A DNA stretch of 63,587 nt, filler included, from Octopus bimaculoides (lineage: Eukaryota): assembly GCF_001194135.2 (NCBI RefSeq). It is 4 parts of 4 records of this genome, joined end to end, with 100 filler letters (N's around TTAATTAATTAA, not from the genome) between each part and the next. Parts side by side here need not be neighbours in the genome. Positions count along the whole stretch, not along the records: positions 28,159 to 49,851 come from NC_068997.1; positions 49,952 to 62,215 come from NC_068981.1; 2 more parts are not named here. One strand, given 5' to 3'. Under the pieces are notes generated by a model, which did no database searches, was not told where the DNA came from, and saw nothing but the letters and a program-made list of their open reading frames with translations. Position numbers and translations under genes: made by a program. Below are positions 41,477 through 54,477 of this stretch, piece after piece; within the stretch, counting starts at the first letter, position 1, and every line of letters starts with the position of its first letter.

Positions 41477-42779
41477 CAGCGGTTGGACAAAATGATGAAA
41501 ACACCTAGCATCATAGAATTATAATTTTGAAATATCTATAAAACCGTCAAAGGCTTGTTTATTTTTGTCTTTTTTTATTAGTGTTGCTTAATATGTTCTG
41601 CTAAAATTGCTGTTTCTTTTCAATTATCATCAGGAAAAGGTAACTAAATTTCATTAAAATGACAGATCTATCGGACTTTCAAAGAGGTCAAATTGTTCGT
41701 GCTCGTATGGCAGGCGCTAGTGTAACGAAAACAGCCGAAATGTTTGCTGTATCAAGAAGTACTTTCTCGAAAGTAATGACAGCTTTGGGAAAGAGGGAAA
41801 AACCTCTTTGTTGAAACAAAACTCCNNNNNNNNNNNNNNNNNNNNNNNNNNNNNNNNNNNNNNNNNNNNNNNNNNNNNNNNNNNNNNNNNNNNNNNNNNN
41901 NNNNNNNNNNNNNNNNNNNNNNNNNNNNNNNNNNNNNNNNNNNNNNNNNNNNNNNNNNNNNNNNNNNNNNNNNNNNNNNNNNNNNNNNNNNNNNNNNNNN
42001 NNNNNNNNNNNNNNNNNNNNNNNNNNNNNNNNNNNNNNNNNNNNNNNNNNNNNNNNNNNNNNNNNNNNNNNNNNNNNNNNNNNNNNNNNNNNNNNNNNNN
42101 NNNNNNNNNNNNNNNNNNNNNNNNNNNNNNNNNNNNNNNNNNNNNNNNNNNNNNNNNNNNNNNNNNNNNNNNNNNNNNNNNNNNNNNNNNNNNNNNNNNN
42201 NNNNNNNNNNNNNNNNNNNNNNNNNNNNNNNNNNNNNNNNNNNNNNNNNNNNNNNNNNNNNNNNNNNNNNNNNNNNNNNNNNNNNNNNNNNNNNNNNNNN
42301 NNGGATATATCTTGGAAATTCACCGGCCCAATGGTTTCCCTTCATGGCAGAATTAATAGTCAAGACTAAGCATTTTATCTGATCAAATTCATCCTATGGT
42401 TGCGAAACTGTTTCCGGAGGAAAACGCAATATTTCCTGAAGATAATGCACCAATTCACACAGCTAAAGTTGTTACTGAATGGCATGAGGAACATTCTAGT
42501 AAAGTTGAACATCATATCTGGCCACCACAGTCCACAGATTTCAATATTATTAAACATGTATGGTACATTTTATAAAAGCAATTAAGGAGTTGATATCCTC
42601 CACCATCATCATTACAAGAACTGGAGACTGTTTTAGCCGAAGAATGGAAAAAATTCCTTTGGAAAGAAATCAAACTCATAGAATTCAAGCTGTAATTACT
42701 GCCAAAGGCAATCCTACCCCATATTAAAATAAATTTGTTTGAAATTTTAAGGTGTTTCCGTTATTTTGTCCAACCCCTG
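41477..42779 (+). mobile_element. Tc1-type DNA transposon, both TIRs present, TA TSD, defective transposase with DD36E spacing
   Basis: TA|cagcggttggacaaaatgatgaaaacacct ... aggtgtttccgttattttgtccaacccctg|TA. The ORF from ATG 41659 reads MTDLSDFQRGQIVRARMAGASVTKTAEMFAVSRST; after the gap EDNAPIHTAKVVTEWHEEHSSKVEHHIWPPQSTDFNII(K)HVW. Stops present. Confidence 0.92.
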
Positions 42780-42822
42780 TATGTCTATATATATGTCTCT
42801 CACACTCACACATATGCACACA

Positions 42823-42862
<40 letters not shown>

Positions 42863-43884
42863 AGCAATGTCTTTATTTACACATATATATTATAGTCCAT
42901 TCTGTAACACTCCAATAAACTTTACACGTATTACTTCCCTTTCGCTTTCTATCAAATCAATTAGTTAATATTTTTCTTAGCTCTTCCTCTCTTTCTCACT
43001 CACTATCTCTTTTTCCCTTTCTTTCTCTCTCTCTCTCACTCTCTCTCTCTCTCTCTCTCACTCTCTCTCACTCTCTCAAATTCTAACGTTCCCTATCCCC
43101 ATTAATTTATTCTTTCCTTTAAACATTTTGATTTATGTTCTCCTATTATGTCATGGTCTTGCAAAGCTTTTCATTATTTTCTATCTCATCATTTTCCTTT
43201 CTCCTTCATTTTTTTTTCTTTTCATATTCTAAAATTTTAACCGCCGTTTACACCATTTTATTATTTAAAATTTAACTTTTAAATTTATAATTTATAATTT
43301 ATTTGAAATGTATTTTGTGTTCAATCATTTAGCTTCCTGTATCGTGCTTTCCTTTTTGCGGTTTTGAAGGAATTCTTCGAAATCTTCCTTCTTCCGTTTT
43401 CTCTCTCTCTTTCTCTCTCTTTGTCTGCCTTCCCATACCTCTGTCGCCTTTCGTATCCTCCTTGTATATCTTTCTAAATCTCCGCTTCTCTGACTCACTC
43501 TTCTCCCTCTGTTCCTATCGATGTTTACGTATCATATATCTTCTGTCTTTCCCTCGGCTCTTTTTTAGTCGTTACGTTTCACGTTTTGTCTGTTGTTGTC
43601 CCGTTTTTTTGGCTCTAACTTCAGCTCTGTTCTGTATTTCCCTTAAGTGTTCATTCGCATTGTTTACCCTATGTCCTTTACAACCTTCCACTGTTTTACT
43701 TATTTGATTTCCGTTTCATACTGTCTTTGTCTCTTGCCTTTTTCACATTTCCGACTGCCTTCAATTTCATTTTCTGTCAATCGTTTTACACCCAGTATTT
43801 TCTTCTTTTTTGTCAACCATATTCAACTGTTTCTCTCTCTCTCTCCCCCTCTCTCTCTCCCTCTCTCCCTCTCTCCCTCTCCCC

Positions 43885-43931
<47 letters not shown>

Positions 43932-44058
43932 TCCAATCTAACAAAATTGTATTGTCTCCTTTGTCACTTGGAATCAATAGAAGACTCTACAAATCTTATA
44001 CAAATGGAGGATATCATAGACCTTTGTCAAATCATAATGTATCATGTATGACAAACTA

Positions 44059-44730
44059 TTGGTTTGGCCAAAATGTCCTTTCGAATTTTTAAGCAAAATT
44101 AAGACACAAGTTCTAAACGCGAAATAATTTATTCAATCAATGATATGATACCATTTCGTTTCAGTATCTTCTGACATATTTCTGGCAGATTCATTAATCC
44201 CTGTTCAAATAATTTCCTGTGCTTATTTGCGAAAAGCTCTCCCAGGTGAACTTTTATATCCACGTTGGAGTTGAAGGGCTATCCATACAATGAATTTTGA
44301 AACAACCGAAACAGGTGGAAATCCAAGAGCACAAGGTCCAATCTGGAATTTTTGTAATGAATGACATTGCCTTTGCGATTAGTAAGTTCTGGACGTTTCT
44401 TGTGTAGAGCTGCAATTAGTTTGACCAGTACGTTACAGCGCACATCCAAATTGACGGTCTTGTCTGTTGGAAGAAGCTCGTAAAAGGCAACACCTTTCCA
44501 ATCCAACCAGGCTGAAAGCATAACTTTCTTCGGGTTAAGACGTGCTTTGGAGTTTGTGATGGTTCGCTCCACTTACTCCACGATCATTTGCGTTTCACCA
44601 AGGTGATGCAGATGGTTTTTCAACATTCGAATTGGATATTTGAGGAATATCTGCGATCATCCTGCTCCTAACAGAGATTGGTGGCGCTTTTAATCTCGGT
44701 TGACCGATCAGAGTGAAGTGCATCTTCAAC
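44059..44730 (-). pseudogene. Mariner transposase remnant with 3' TIR
   Basis: PKKVMLSAWLDWKGVAFYELLP..KRPELTNRKG..DFHLFRLFQNSLYG. TA|ttggtttggccaaaatgtcctttcg at 44057-44083 resembles a mariner TIR. Internal deletion between the HDNA and APSD motifs; no 5' TIR seen. Confidence 0.85.
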
Positions 44731-46077
44731 CAAATAATTTCTCTATTCAAATCTTGAAAAGTACTTCCGGCAAACACAGTCCATAACAGTGTGCTTTATG
44801 CACACGGAGCTTATTTTCATGCAGGTTTTCGCTGCTTTCTTGCCTTAATAAAATAATATTAAAGCACGGGGTGTCAATAATACTTGTTTTGGCTCTCCAT
44901 TTCATGGGTGGTCCCAGGTACACAAAATGCAACCTGTCTCGTCGCAAGATCTCATCGAACTGCACAAAGAACAGACTGACATTAGCTACTTATTGGAATG
45001 CTTGAATTTTCGCGCAGACAAAAACCGACCAATCACACAGTTTAATATTTTATCTTTTACAAAAATATAAAACAATGCGAATTAAAAAATAAAATATACT
45101 GTAGACAGGAATAGGAAATAAAACAATACAACAATGTAACAAACTATAGGATATGCTGTGTGTGTTTTGTGGAGAGGCAATTTTGCTGCTTAATCAGAAG
45201 AGGAACTGCAACACCATAATACTTTTTCAGGTATCCACCATCGTCTCACCATTTTCTGGCTAAGCATCTTCCGTACTTATATAACTGAAACTAACAGTGA
45301 CTGATCAGTTACACTTTAATGGATATGAGCAAAGAGTGTTGAGTTTAGTGCTTGGTGGTCTAAATATATGCAACTGAAGATGTTGACTTGGTGATCTGAA
45401 TATATACGACTGGCATACACACTTTGGTGCACCAAGTATATCCATTGATCTTGTTGCAATCATGATTATATTAAGAGCCATTGACCTTATACGGATGTTG
45501 ATCTGAGGAATTACAATTCATTTCAGTTGCTTTTACATAACAGTACGATGTAGTAGTATCAGAACATTTTTTCGCTATGCATATCAGTGCAAATAAGAAT
45601 ATATTGATGTGCCTTGTGTTGAAATTACAAATAAACATGTATTTAATGTATAGTTATAAATTTTTAATTGTATTATTGAATATAAATTTCTCTGCACTTA
45701 ACTTCAAATATCTCTTTGTCATCAAGGCTGTAGAAATTCAAAACATTCAGTGGGTATTTTTCACATATTCTAGTATTTTTTTTTTTTTTTTACATTTCAT
45801 AGCGTTTCTATAAATAGATCGTGGCACACGAATGCACCAAGGCGTACAGCTTATGAACCACTGATATTAATCATTGAAAGCAGGGATTTTTCGGTCTCAG
45901 TATATTCCACTGATCTCAGCGGTTTCTTCATTAGCATATATACATTGACATCACTGGACTGACTTCCATTATTTCATATTCAATTGATTTAAGCCTATTG
46001 ATGTTTCACTAATCTCTCCAAATTCTCACAATTATATTTGAATTCTACATTATTATTATTATCATTATTATTATTAA

Positions 46078-46116
<39 letters not shown>

Positions 46117-46905
46117 CATTACTATTATTATTATTAAGTAGAATCGATATCAATCCGGACAAAATTCTTAGCGGCATTTCTTCCAGCTCTTAAAGATTTA
46201 CGTTTAAACTGGTGACACTACCCTTGCTTTTCATCCATTCGGAAAGGATATGATAAAGTATGAATTAAATACTGAGGTATCTGTAATCGACTAGCCTCTC
46301 TCCATAAAATAGCTGGCATTGTACCAATATGTAAGACTACTTTACTTGTCAGCTACACTTGTGACTAATGAAATGAAGACTGATGGTTTACCCCTATGAA
46401 CCCACGATTACGATTTAGTAACTGTGATTTCGTTTGAGTAAACTCCTGAAAGACACATCCCTCTAACCTTGAATGGTGGCAGTAACGTGTAAGGGAAATC
46501 TATGTAGTAACTTATAAGAAAAATCAGTCCCAGTCATGTTCTGAACACACCTTTCTGAAGAGGAAGTGGCGCCATGAGTGTCTCTACAACGCTAATCAGA
46601 GCCCGGCAAATCCGATTCTGAAAAGAGAAAGAAAGAGAGAAAAATCGGAGATAGACAGACACAAACCAACCTACATCGGTAATTCCAAGATTAGATATGT
46701 CTGAAAATATATTGGCTGGTCAGATATTAAGGATTGTCGATGGTATTTCTGTTAGATTAGGGCTGACTCGAAAAATAAATTCACAAAAGCTTATAAGGAT
46801 TGATATATACTGTCAGCTGTAGCAAGATATGAACTCGTGATATAGAATTACCAGAAATCTGTTTGTACAACACGTTCATATTTCTGTTATTCCTTTACAG
46901 TGGTC

Positions 46906-47139
46906 AGGCAGCGAGCTGGCAGAATCGTTAGCAGGCCGGGCGAAATGCTTAGCGGTATTTCGTCTGCCGTTACGTTCTGAGTTCAAATTCCGCCGAGGTC
47001 GACTTTGCCTTTCATCCTTTCGGGGTCGATAAATTAAGTACCAGTTACGCACTGGGGTCGATGTAATCGACTTAATCCGTTCGTCCGTTCTTGTTTGTTC
47101 CCTCTATGTTTAGCCCCTTGTGGGCAATAACGAAATAAG
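46906..47139 (+). mobile_element. SINE family C, full-length, tail type 1
   Basis: aggcagcgagctggcagaatcgttagc (A box) ... ctgagttcaaattccgcc (B box) ... tatgtttagccccttgtgggcaataacgaaataag. Confidence 0.9.
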
Positions 47140-47425
47140 TATTTCTTCTGTCTTTAAATTCTGAGTTCAAATTCCGCCGAGGTCGACGACACCTTTCATC
47201 CTTTCGGGGTCTATAAATTAAGTATCAGTTGCGTACTGGACTCGATCGAATCGACTGCTTCCCTCCCTCAAAATTTCGGGCCTTGTTCTAGAATGGATCA
47301 GATTCCTTTAAAACTATGAAGTGGTAAAATGCTTAACGGCATTGGCATTTCGTCCGACTTTATATTCGGAGTTGAAATTCTGCCGAGGTCTTCGACTTTG
47401 TATTTCATCACTTAGAGGTCGAAAG
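47140..47425 (+). mobile_element. Two further partial family C SINEs, the first with tail type 2
   Basis: Repeat of ttctgagttcaaattccgccgaggtcgac, ending ccctccctcaaaatttcgggccttg. Another degenerate head follows at about 47310-47425. Confidence 0.75.
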
Positions 47426-47443
47426 AGGAAGAAAGGTATCCAG

Positions 47444-47751
47444 TGTTGTTGTTTGTTCCTTCTCGAGCCATGCCTGGTTCAGAAGGGCCAGTTTCCCGGT
47501 TTCTTTGGCATATAGGTTTCACACCTGGACGGGACGCCAGTCCGTCTCAGGTGAGCTGCTAGATGCAGGAGGAAAGAGTGAGAGAAAGTTGTGGCGAAAG
47601 AGTCAGCAGAAGTTTGCCATTACCTTCTGCCGGAGCCGCGTGGAGCTTAAGTGTTTCGCTCATAAACACACATTCGCCCGGTCTGAGATTCGAACACGCG
47701 ATCCTCCGACTGCGAGTCCGCTGCTCTAACCACTAGGCCATGTGCCTTCAC
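47444..47751 (-). mobile_element. tRNA-derived SINE, family D, with V-domain-like core
   Basis: Minus strand gtgaaggcacatggcctagtggttagagc (A box) ... gtgttcgaatctc (B box) ... cctgagacggactggcgtcccgtccaggtg, and a (AAC)n tail. Confidence 0.8.
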
Positions 47752-49805
47752 CCTCAGACTAGTAGCCTCTTTCAAATACTTGCAGGAGAATGGTGTTCGC
47801 TGAAGACAAGCAAGGTGCCAAGTGGTGAGAACAAATCGGATGTCAGGCTGTGAACCCACAATGCAAAGATGCGAATTAATCCCCGCAAGGTTTCCTGTAT
47901 AGTGCTCTTACTCTGAATCTCACTTGTTTAGTGTCGATGGAAAAGTACCTTTGAATGGTACTGTTTAGTTGACCCTTAACAGGCAAGAAGGAATCCCGGA
48001 CGAGTTGAAATTACTACGTAGAGAATCGAAAGAAATACCACGTGATGTCCTGTCCGCTTATGCCAATTTACAACCTATGACAAACAAAAAAAAGAAGAAA
48101 CACGGACAAAACCATAAGGCATATGTAATAGATGCGTACAAGTGATTTACTAACACTTCATGATTCAGATTGATATACGAGCTTGAGAAAAGCATGAGCG
48201 ACACATTCTAACAACATTTTCCACGACAAAATCTGAAGCTTTCCACCAATTTAGAAAAACAAAATCAATAGGACGTAGATTTAAAAAAAAAAATTGCAAA
48301 TTAATAGGCTGCTCCGAGCGATTATTATTATTATTTTTTTTTTCCATATTTTAAAAGATAAAATCTACGAGTGATTTTATTTTATATCCTCTGATATCAG
48401 TAAATTTTATTGCAAAAAACTGTTTTCATGCAATTGAAGAAATTGCAAAACTGTTAAATGTGTGCTTTATTTCAAATTTTTCTCTTTTATCCAAGCCACA
48501 TGGGATAATGGCGTCGTTACGAACTGTAATTTATAATTTTATTCTTTCAAGTACTAAACAAAAACAAAAAGACAAACAAAACAAAACAAAAAAACAGAAA
48601 TGAAATATTTATTTATTTATTCCATTTTATAGCAAAGGTGAGTTGTTGAATTGCGTAAGGCCATTTCACTGAGTAGGAACAATTATACATTTGCTCCAAG
48701 GAATGAATTGATAAATTGATAAAAGCAGACGACGCCAATTTTTAGTTATTTTTCCAATTTTTAATTTCTTTTCTTCATTTTACAATTTGATGTTTGCTTG
48801 AAATATTTGTATGTACATTTTTTTTTATATTTTAAAGAATTTTATAAATGATTTTTATGTTTCATTTATTTACTCTTCTTGCCGTCTTGAAGCATTTGTT
48901 TGACATTGTGTTTATTTAAAGAACTCCCATTTTAAGTTTATCTAATTATAGTATTTCTTTTCGTTGTTTCTACCATGGGATTATTAACGACACATTTGTT
49001 TTTGCGCGTATTTCTCTTGTTTTGTTTGATAAAGTCTCGTTTAAAAGCCACAAAGTGGAGGAGGACGAGAAGGAAGAAGAAAACATTGTCTACTTTACCG
49101 TCTGCATTACAACTTCTGTCCTTATATTTCAATTTATCTAATTTTAGTACTACTGTATTTTTCATTTTATTTATTCCTTTATTTACAAAGAAATATTTGT
49201 GTCCCTTTGGTGTTAAGAATGAGCCTCACTTTGTGTGTGTGTGCGTGTGTGTGTGTAGGATTACTTGCCAGTGCATCATGTATTTCTATTTCGATGTTTT
49301 ATATTTTCAAAAAAAAAGAAGCAAAAAAGAGCGTCATTAATCTCACAGGTGGAGTGGGATCAAATGTTATCTTAATTAGTGCATTTTAAATTGATGAAAT
49401 TCATACGGGAAACGATATAAGAGAGAGAAAAAAAACGCAAGCTTTATATCCCTGCGGGGAAAATGTAGTGTGAAGTGGAAGAAAGTGAAGCACAATCCAC
49501 ACAGGTCTTAGCAAATCCGAAAATATCTTCGGGGAAAAATAAAATAAAACTAATATTTTAATGTACAAACAAGAATCTTTTTCATTTCTTTCTTTTTTGT
49601 TATGTGTTTTAATTATAATTTTATGTTTAATTATATTAATATTTGAGATCATTTTTATTGAAATGTTTTTGCTTCGCTCAAATTTTTCTGATTGAAATTT
49701 CCGATTTTGTTTTTGTAACTTAATTACATGATGCAATACAGACAGGGATACTTGCTTCGCGACTGAAGGAAAATGGTGAATGAAATAAGGTGACATACGA
49801 CCAGT

Positions 49806-49851
<46 letters not shown>

Positions 49852-49951
49852 NNNNNNNNNNNNNNNNNNNNNNNNNNNNNNNNNNNNNNNNNNNNTTAAT
49901 TAATTAANNNNNNNNNNNNNNNNNNNNNNNNNNNNNNNNNNNNNNNNNNNN
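49852..49951. other. 100-bp scaffold join with TTAATTAATTAA linker (artefact)
   Basis: 44 N + 12-mer + 44 N. Confidence 0.9.
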
Positions 49952-50742
49952 CCTAACTCTCCAGAAATTTAAAATTTTAAAATTTTCTGGATGCTGCTGC
50001 CTTATGATATTTCCCTATATTGCCGTTAAATGTATATTTCTTTGTTTGTTTATGATTGAACGCCACGCAGCCTTGTTCACAATAAGTTCTTACATTTATA
50101 TATATATATATATAAGGGATATGATGCGATATTCAAAAGCATTTTGAATCTGCATGTATGTATGTATGTATGTATGTATGTATGTATGTATGTATGTATG
50201 CATGCATGCATGCATGTATGTATGTATGTGTGTATGTAAGTATGTATGTATGTATGTATGTATGTATGTATGTATGTCTGTATGTATGTATGTATACATG
50301 TATGCATTTATGTATGAAGTTAAAATTGTTCAAGACCAATACATTACACATTGAATTATATATAAGTGCAGTACAAAAAGAAATATGAAGGTAAAATGAC
50401 ACATTACAATCAATCCTATGTTTTTATAATTCATCATCAGTATCACATCTTTAGGAGAAAACGGATAAAGGTATCGAGCAATTATGTATTATGGGGTTGT
50501 GATATACTCAGAATACTTATAATAACAAACCTGGCTCGAGAAATTCTTTTCTTCTGTCGATTGAAGTTAAACCAAGGTGATGTACTTAAAACTTAAATTG
50601 CATGTGTTACGCTCTGATGCCTTTATGGTCATCATTAATTCCTTAGGGTGATATTCGTTGAGGTGCAAAACCAGCAAAATTGGAGTGTGTGTGTGTGATG
50701 TAAGCCGATAATATGCATATATACACAAGTCTATAATTGCAA

Positions 50743-50789
<47 letters not shown>

Positions 50790-50869
50790 ACTATATCACT
50801 TTATCGACCCATCAGATGTTATTTTGCACCATTGTTCCTACTGCGCTTCTTCTCATTATTTTAGGTTTT

Positions 50870-51058
50870 GACTGATGCCAACCAGCTAGCTAGGTGATCA
50901 ACACAAAATTCTCCCTCAGCAGAACGTCATTTACAGCACTGGATTAATGTGAAACGAAATGTTTTGCTCAAGAACTTAACGCACAGCCGGTCTGAGAATC
51001 AAAACCATGATCACGGAATCGAGAGTGCAACACCCTAACCACTAAGCCACGCACATTC
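50870..51058 (-). mobile_element. tRNA-derived SINE head (family A/D-related), degenerate
   Basis: tgtgaaacgaaatgttttgctcaagaac ... ccggtctgagaatcaaaacc ... ccctaaccactaagccacgc parallels 5770-5870 and 47655-47751. Confidence 0.65.
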
Positions 51059-51089
51059 TCATGCATACACACACACAAAACACACACAA

Positions 51090-51130
<41 letters not shown>

Positions 51131-51175
51131 CATGCAACATATATATATATATATATACATATATACACACACACA

Positions 51176-51225
<50 letters not shown>

Positions 51226-51348
51226 NNNNNNNNNNNNNNNNNNNNNNNNNNNNNNNNNNNNNNNNNNNNNNNNNNNNNNNNNNNNNNNNNNNNNNNNNNN
51301 NNNNNNNNNNNNNNNNNNNNNNNNNNNNNNNNNNNNNNNNNNNNNNNN

Positions 51349-51386
<38 letters not shown>

Positions 51387-52375
51387 TGCATATATATATG
51401 TGTGAGATGAAATATCATAGATATATGTGTGCATATATATATATATATATTCATATATGCGCATATATATGTATTTATGTGTGTGTGTTTGTGTGTATAA
51501 AATCGAGTATATATAAAATCAAAATTTTATATTTGCATACGTGCATATATATAAATATTACGCGTCCCATAATTTCAATACTTATTATACGTTAATATAA
51601 TGTAAAACACTGATTTAATTACTCGACATCTTGTATATTTCTATGTATTTAGTCATCTATGTGTTTGAGCGTTTTACATGGCCAGTTTCATGTGTGCGTA
51701 TGCATATGTGTGTATTTGTGTGTGTGTTTGTGTGTGTATTTGCCATAATTACTTGGGAATAAGAGACGTCTCCAGCTTAGAATTTTAATTGCTGTTCAGC
51801 GCATGCTATATTTTATTATATTTCATCCGATATTTACACGAAGTTCTGAGATAAAGGTAAGTGAGTTCAACTTATTTGTGTAATTAAATTGTAGATGTTA
51901 ATTCTCTAAAGAGTCATAATCAGGGTTTATTTGATTATTTGAATTCACACCAACAACAACAACAACAACAAAGACTTATGCAGCAGAAAAAAACAACAGC
52001 AATATATTTTAATGTATGTAGACATATACACGTGCATACTGACACACACTTATACATATATATATTCAAGCATATAGCTTTGGTTTAAAATGAAAATATC
52101 CAATCATAGCAGACTGAAAACCCACACACATTCGTTAAGAATAAACTTTCTTTTTTGTTTGCAATATCTTATCCGTCTAACGTCTGTTTCACGTATTGTA
52201 CGACAGTAAAAATGTGTGGGCATGAATATTTCAGTATAATATTAGTAACTGTTTCAGTGGTGCAAATGAGTAAATCGAAACAAAAGACGCACATATACAT
52301 AAATACATACATACATATACATACATATATATATAAATAAATAAATATGTGTGTGTGTATGCATTTATGTATGTA

Positions 52376-52411
<36 letters not shown>

Positions 52412-52415
<4 letters not shown>

Positions 52416-53112
52416 GTCATCCCATAAATAATACAGTTTTTTATACTTTTGTTTTTCAAAATTAAGACTAACAGACTTCCTTTTTAATCTAAAATATACT
52501 CTCCTTCATTTTCTACAATTCTCTTCCATCTATCAGGCAGTCTTGCAAGTTCCATCTTCCAAAATTCACTTGTTGGTGACGAAAAAGACTCCTCCAGTAC
52601 TGTCCTGACCTCGTCTTCAGAATTCATATTTTTCCTGTCCAAATGATTTTGAAGGCTGCGGAATAAATGACAATCAGATGGTGCAATATCCAACGAATAT
52701 GGTGGGTGGGGCATCGTTTCCCATTCAAACTGCTCCAGCCTTTAGAATGTCGTCTTTGCTGTATGTGGCTGAGCATTATCTACAAAGATGGTCATTTTTC
52801 TTCTAGCGCTGACTTAAGCAGCTCATGCTGCTTGCAGTAGATCTCCTGTGTTATCGTTTGCTTGAGTTTAAAAATTCAAAATGGACTAAATCTTTCATAT
52901 TGCACCGAACAGATAACAGCATCTTACGTGGGTGAAGACCTTCTTTAGCGTGGGGTGTTTCTCTTTTCCCTACCCATTGTCTTCGGCGCTTGATGCTTTT
53001 ATAGAGAATCCATTTCTCATTACCAGTAAGTATTCGATCCAAAAATGGTTCATTCGTGAGATGTGACAGCAAATAAGAGCACATATCCACTCTCTGCGCG
53101 CGACTCAGTACA
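52412..53112 (-). pseudogene. Mariner (DD34D) transposase remnant with 3' TIR
   Basis: EPFLDRILTGNEKWILY, GLHPRKMLLSV, and DNAQPH-(34 aa, one stop)-YSLDIAPSDCHLFRSLQNHL. TA|ttgggtcatcccataaataat is the TIR-like end; 5' part absent. Confidence 0.9.
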
Positions 53113-53564
53113 ATAATTGCAAATGAAAGTTTTCATTATATACTTTTACATCTTTAGTTATTCTGTTCATTTGTTCGTTTGGTTATTTTTTTTTCTTTTT
53201 TACTTCACTTTCCTATAGCTGCCGAAAACTGTCTTTGATACTGTCTTCCTCCCCCATTTCTTGAAGTTGGCAGCCAGGCTCTCGCCCGTTTCTGACACCA
53301 AAACTCACGACATATGCATTGCATCATATATGATGGATGTATTTTAGCTTACTCGCGAATTCCTGCTGTCAGGCAATTTTATTTTTTTCAAATCGTTTGT
53401 CAGGATTCACAATTTACTATATCTATTTGTTCCTTGTACTCTCATTTTTTTAACAATACAACAATAAAAACTTGTTAACTTACCATCCCTTTACACGTCC
53501 TAACGTGCTTTTATATAAATATGTACGTGTGTGTGTGAGTGTGTGTGCGTGCGTGTACGTGAGG

Positions 53565-53617
<53 letters not shown>

Positions 53618-54378
53618 AACAGTGAGAGAGAGAAATTCAAAATATACACCAATTGCCTGTTACTATAAAAAATAGATAGCGTCGCAAATGATAAAGGAAA
53701 ACAGTGAAATGAACCCCTTCTCGGCATGAAAGCTTAATGAACGTAGCTCAACTAATACCCAATGTTTGCTCTATAAACTTCTTCATATTATCAATAAATG
53801 TTATAAACAAATTCTAATAATCGATGCAATGGTATTTTTTATTGCGGTGAGAAATATGTATACATTGTGTATTTCATGTACTTTATATATTGATCTGTCT
53901 AATTTCTTTATCCCTACATTTGCTTCCATACCCGCTCAAGTTTGAATAGTTTGAGCACTACCACGTGTATTCTATGCAGAAAACATCTGGATCTCATGGT
54001 CTTGCACAATGTATTTTTGTAACTATTCTTTTAGTTAAAGAACAACAAACGTGAATATGTGTAATATTTTTACTTTCCATGTTTGATATATTTGAATATA
54101 ATGAGACTACAATGAAATGAATTTTGCAGCTTCTTTGAATACTGAAGAAAGTGCAATAGAAAACCAGCAATCAAAAACAATAGGATCGCGTTATATTCAT
54201 TTCAAAAGAAGGTAGCAGCCCACAACAATTACTTTTTGAAACATTCCTTTCACGAGTGAATATATCTTTGAAGCCCATTGAAAAATCTGTGGTCTTAAAC
54301 TACTTTTTCTAGTTTCTACACTAATAAAAAGAAAAAAAAGAAACATTTAAAAAATGATGCTGTTTGTGTCTGTTCCAG

Positions 54379-54477
54379 GGTGTAGTCGCGTAGTGAAAGA
54401 TGGCGCTGCGTAGTGGATGACGGCGGATGTGCGATGAAAGATGTTTAGTGAAGAGTACAAGATTCTTAGCCACATAC
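54379..54477. promoter_or_regulatory. CpG-rich patch with a YY1-like AAGATGGCG motif, possible promoter or first exon
   Basis: Several CpGs in ~60 bp (tcgcgtagtgaaagatggcgctgcgtagtggatgacggcggatgtgcg) in an otherwise CpG-poor background. Function unproven. Confidence 0.2.

Noticed and set aside
46400-46620. Strong minus-strand acceptors here and at about 58640 and 61623
   Set aside because: Equally strong acceptor-like tracts occur on the plus strand (about 6878, 40940, 45237, 47776). Pyrimidine runs are common here and the downstream frames close quickly.
47677-47751. tRNA-like sequence with A and B boxes (also 5800-5875 and 46906-46995)
   Set aside because: No complete cloverleaf, and each continues into a repeated SINE body, so these are SINE heads rather than tRNA genes.
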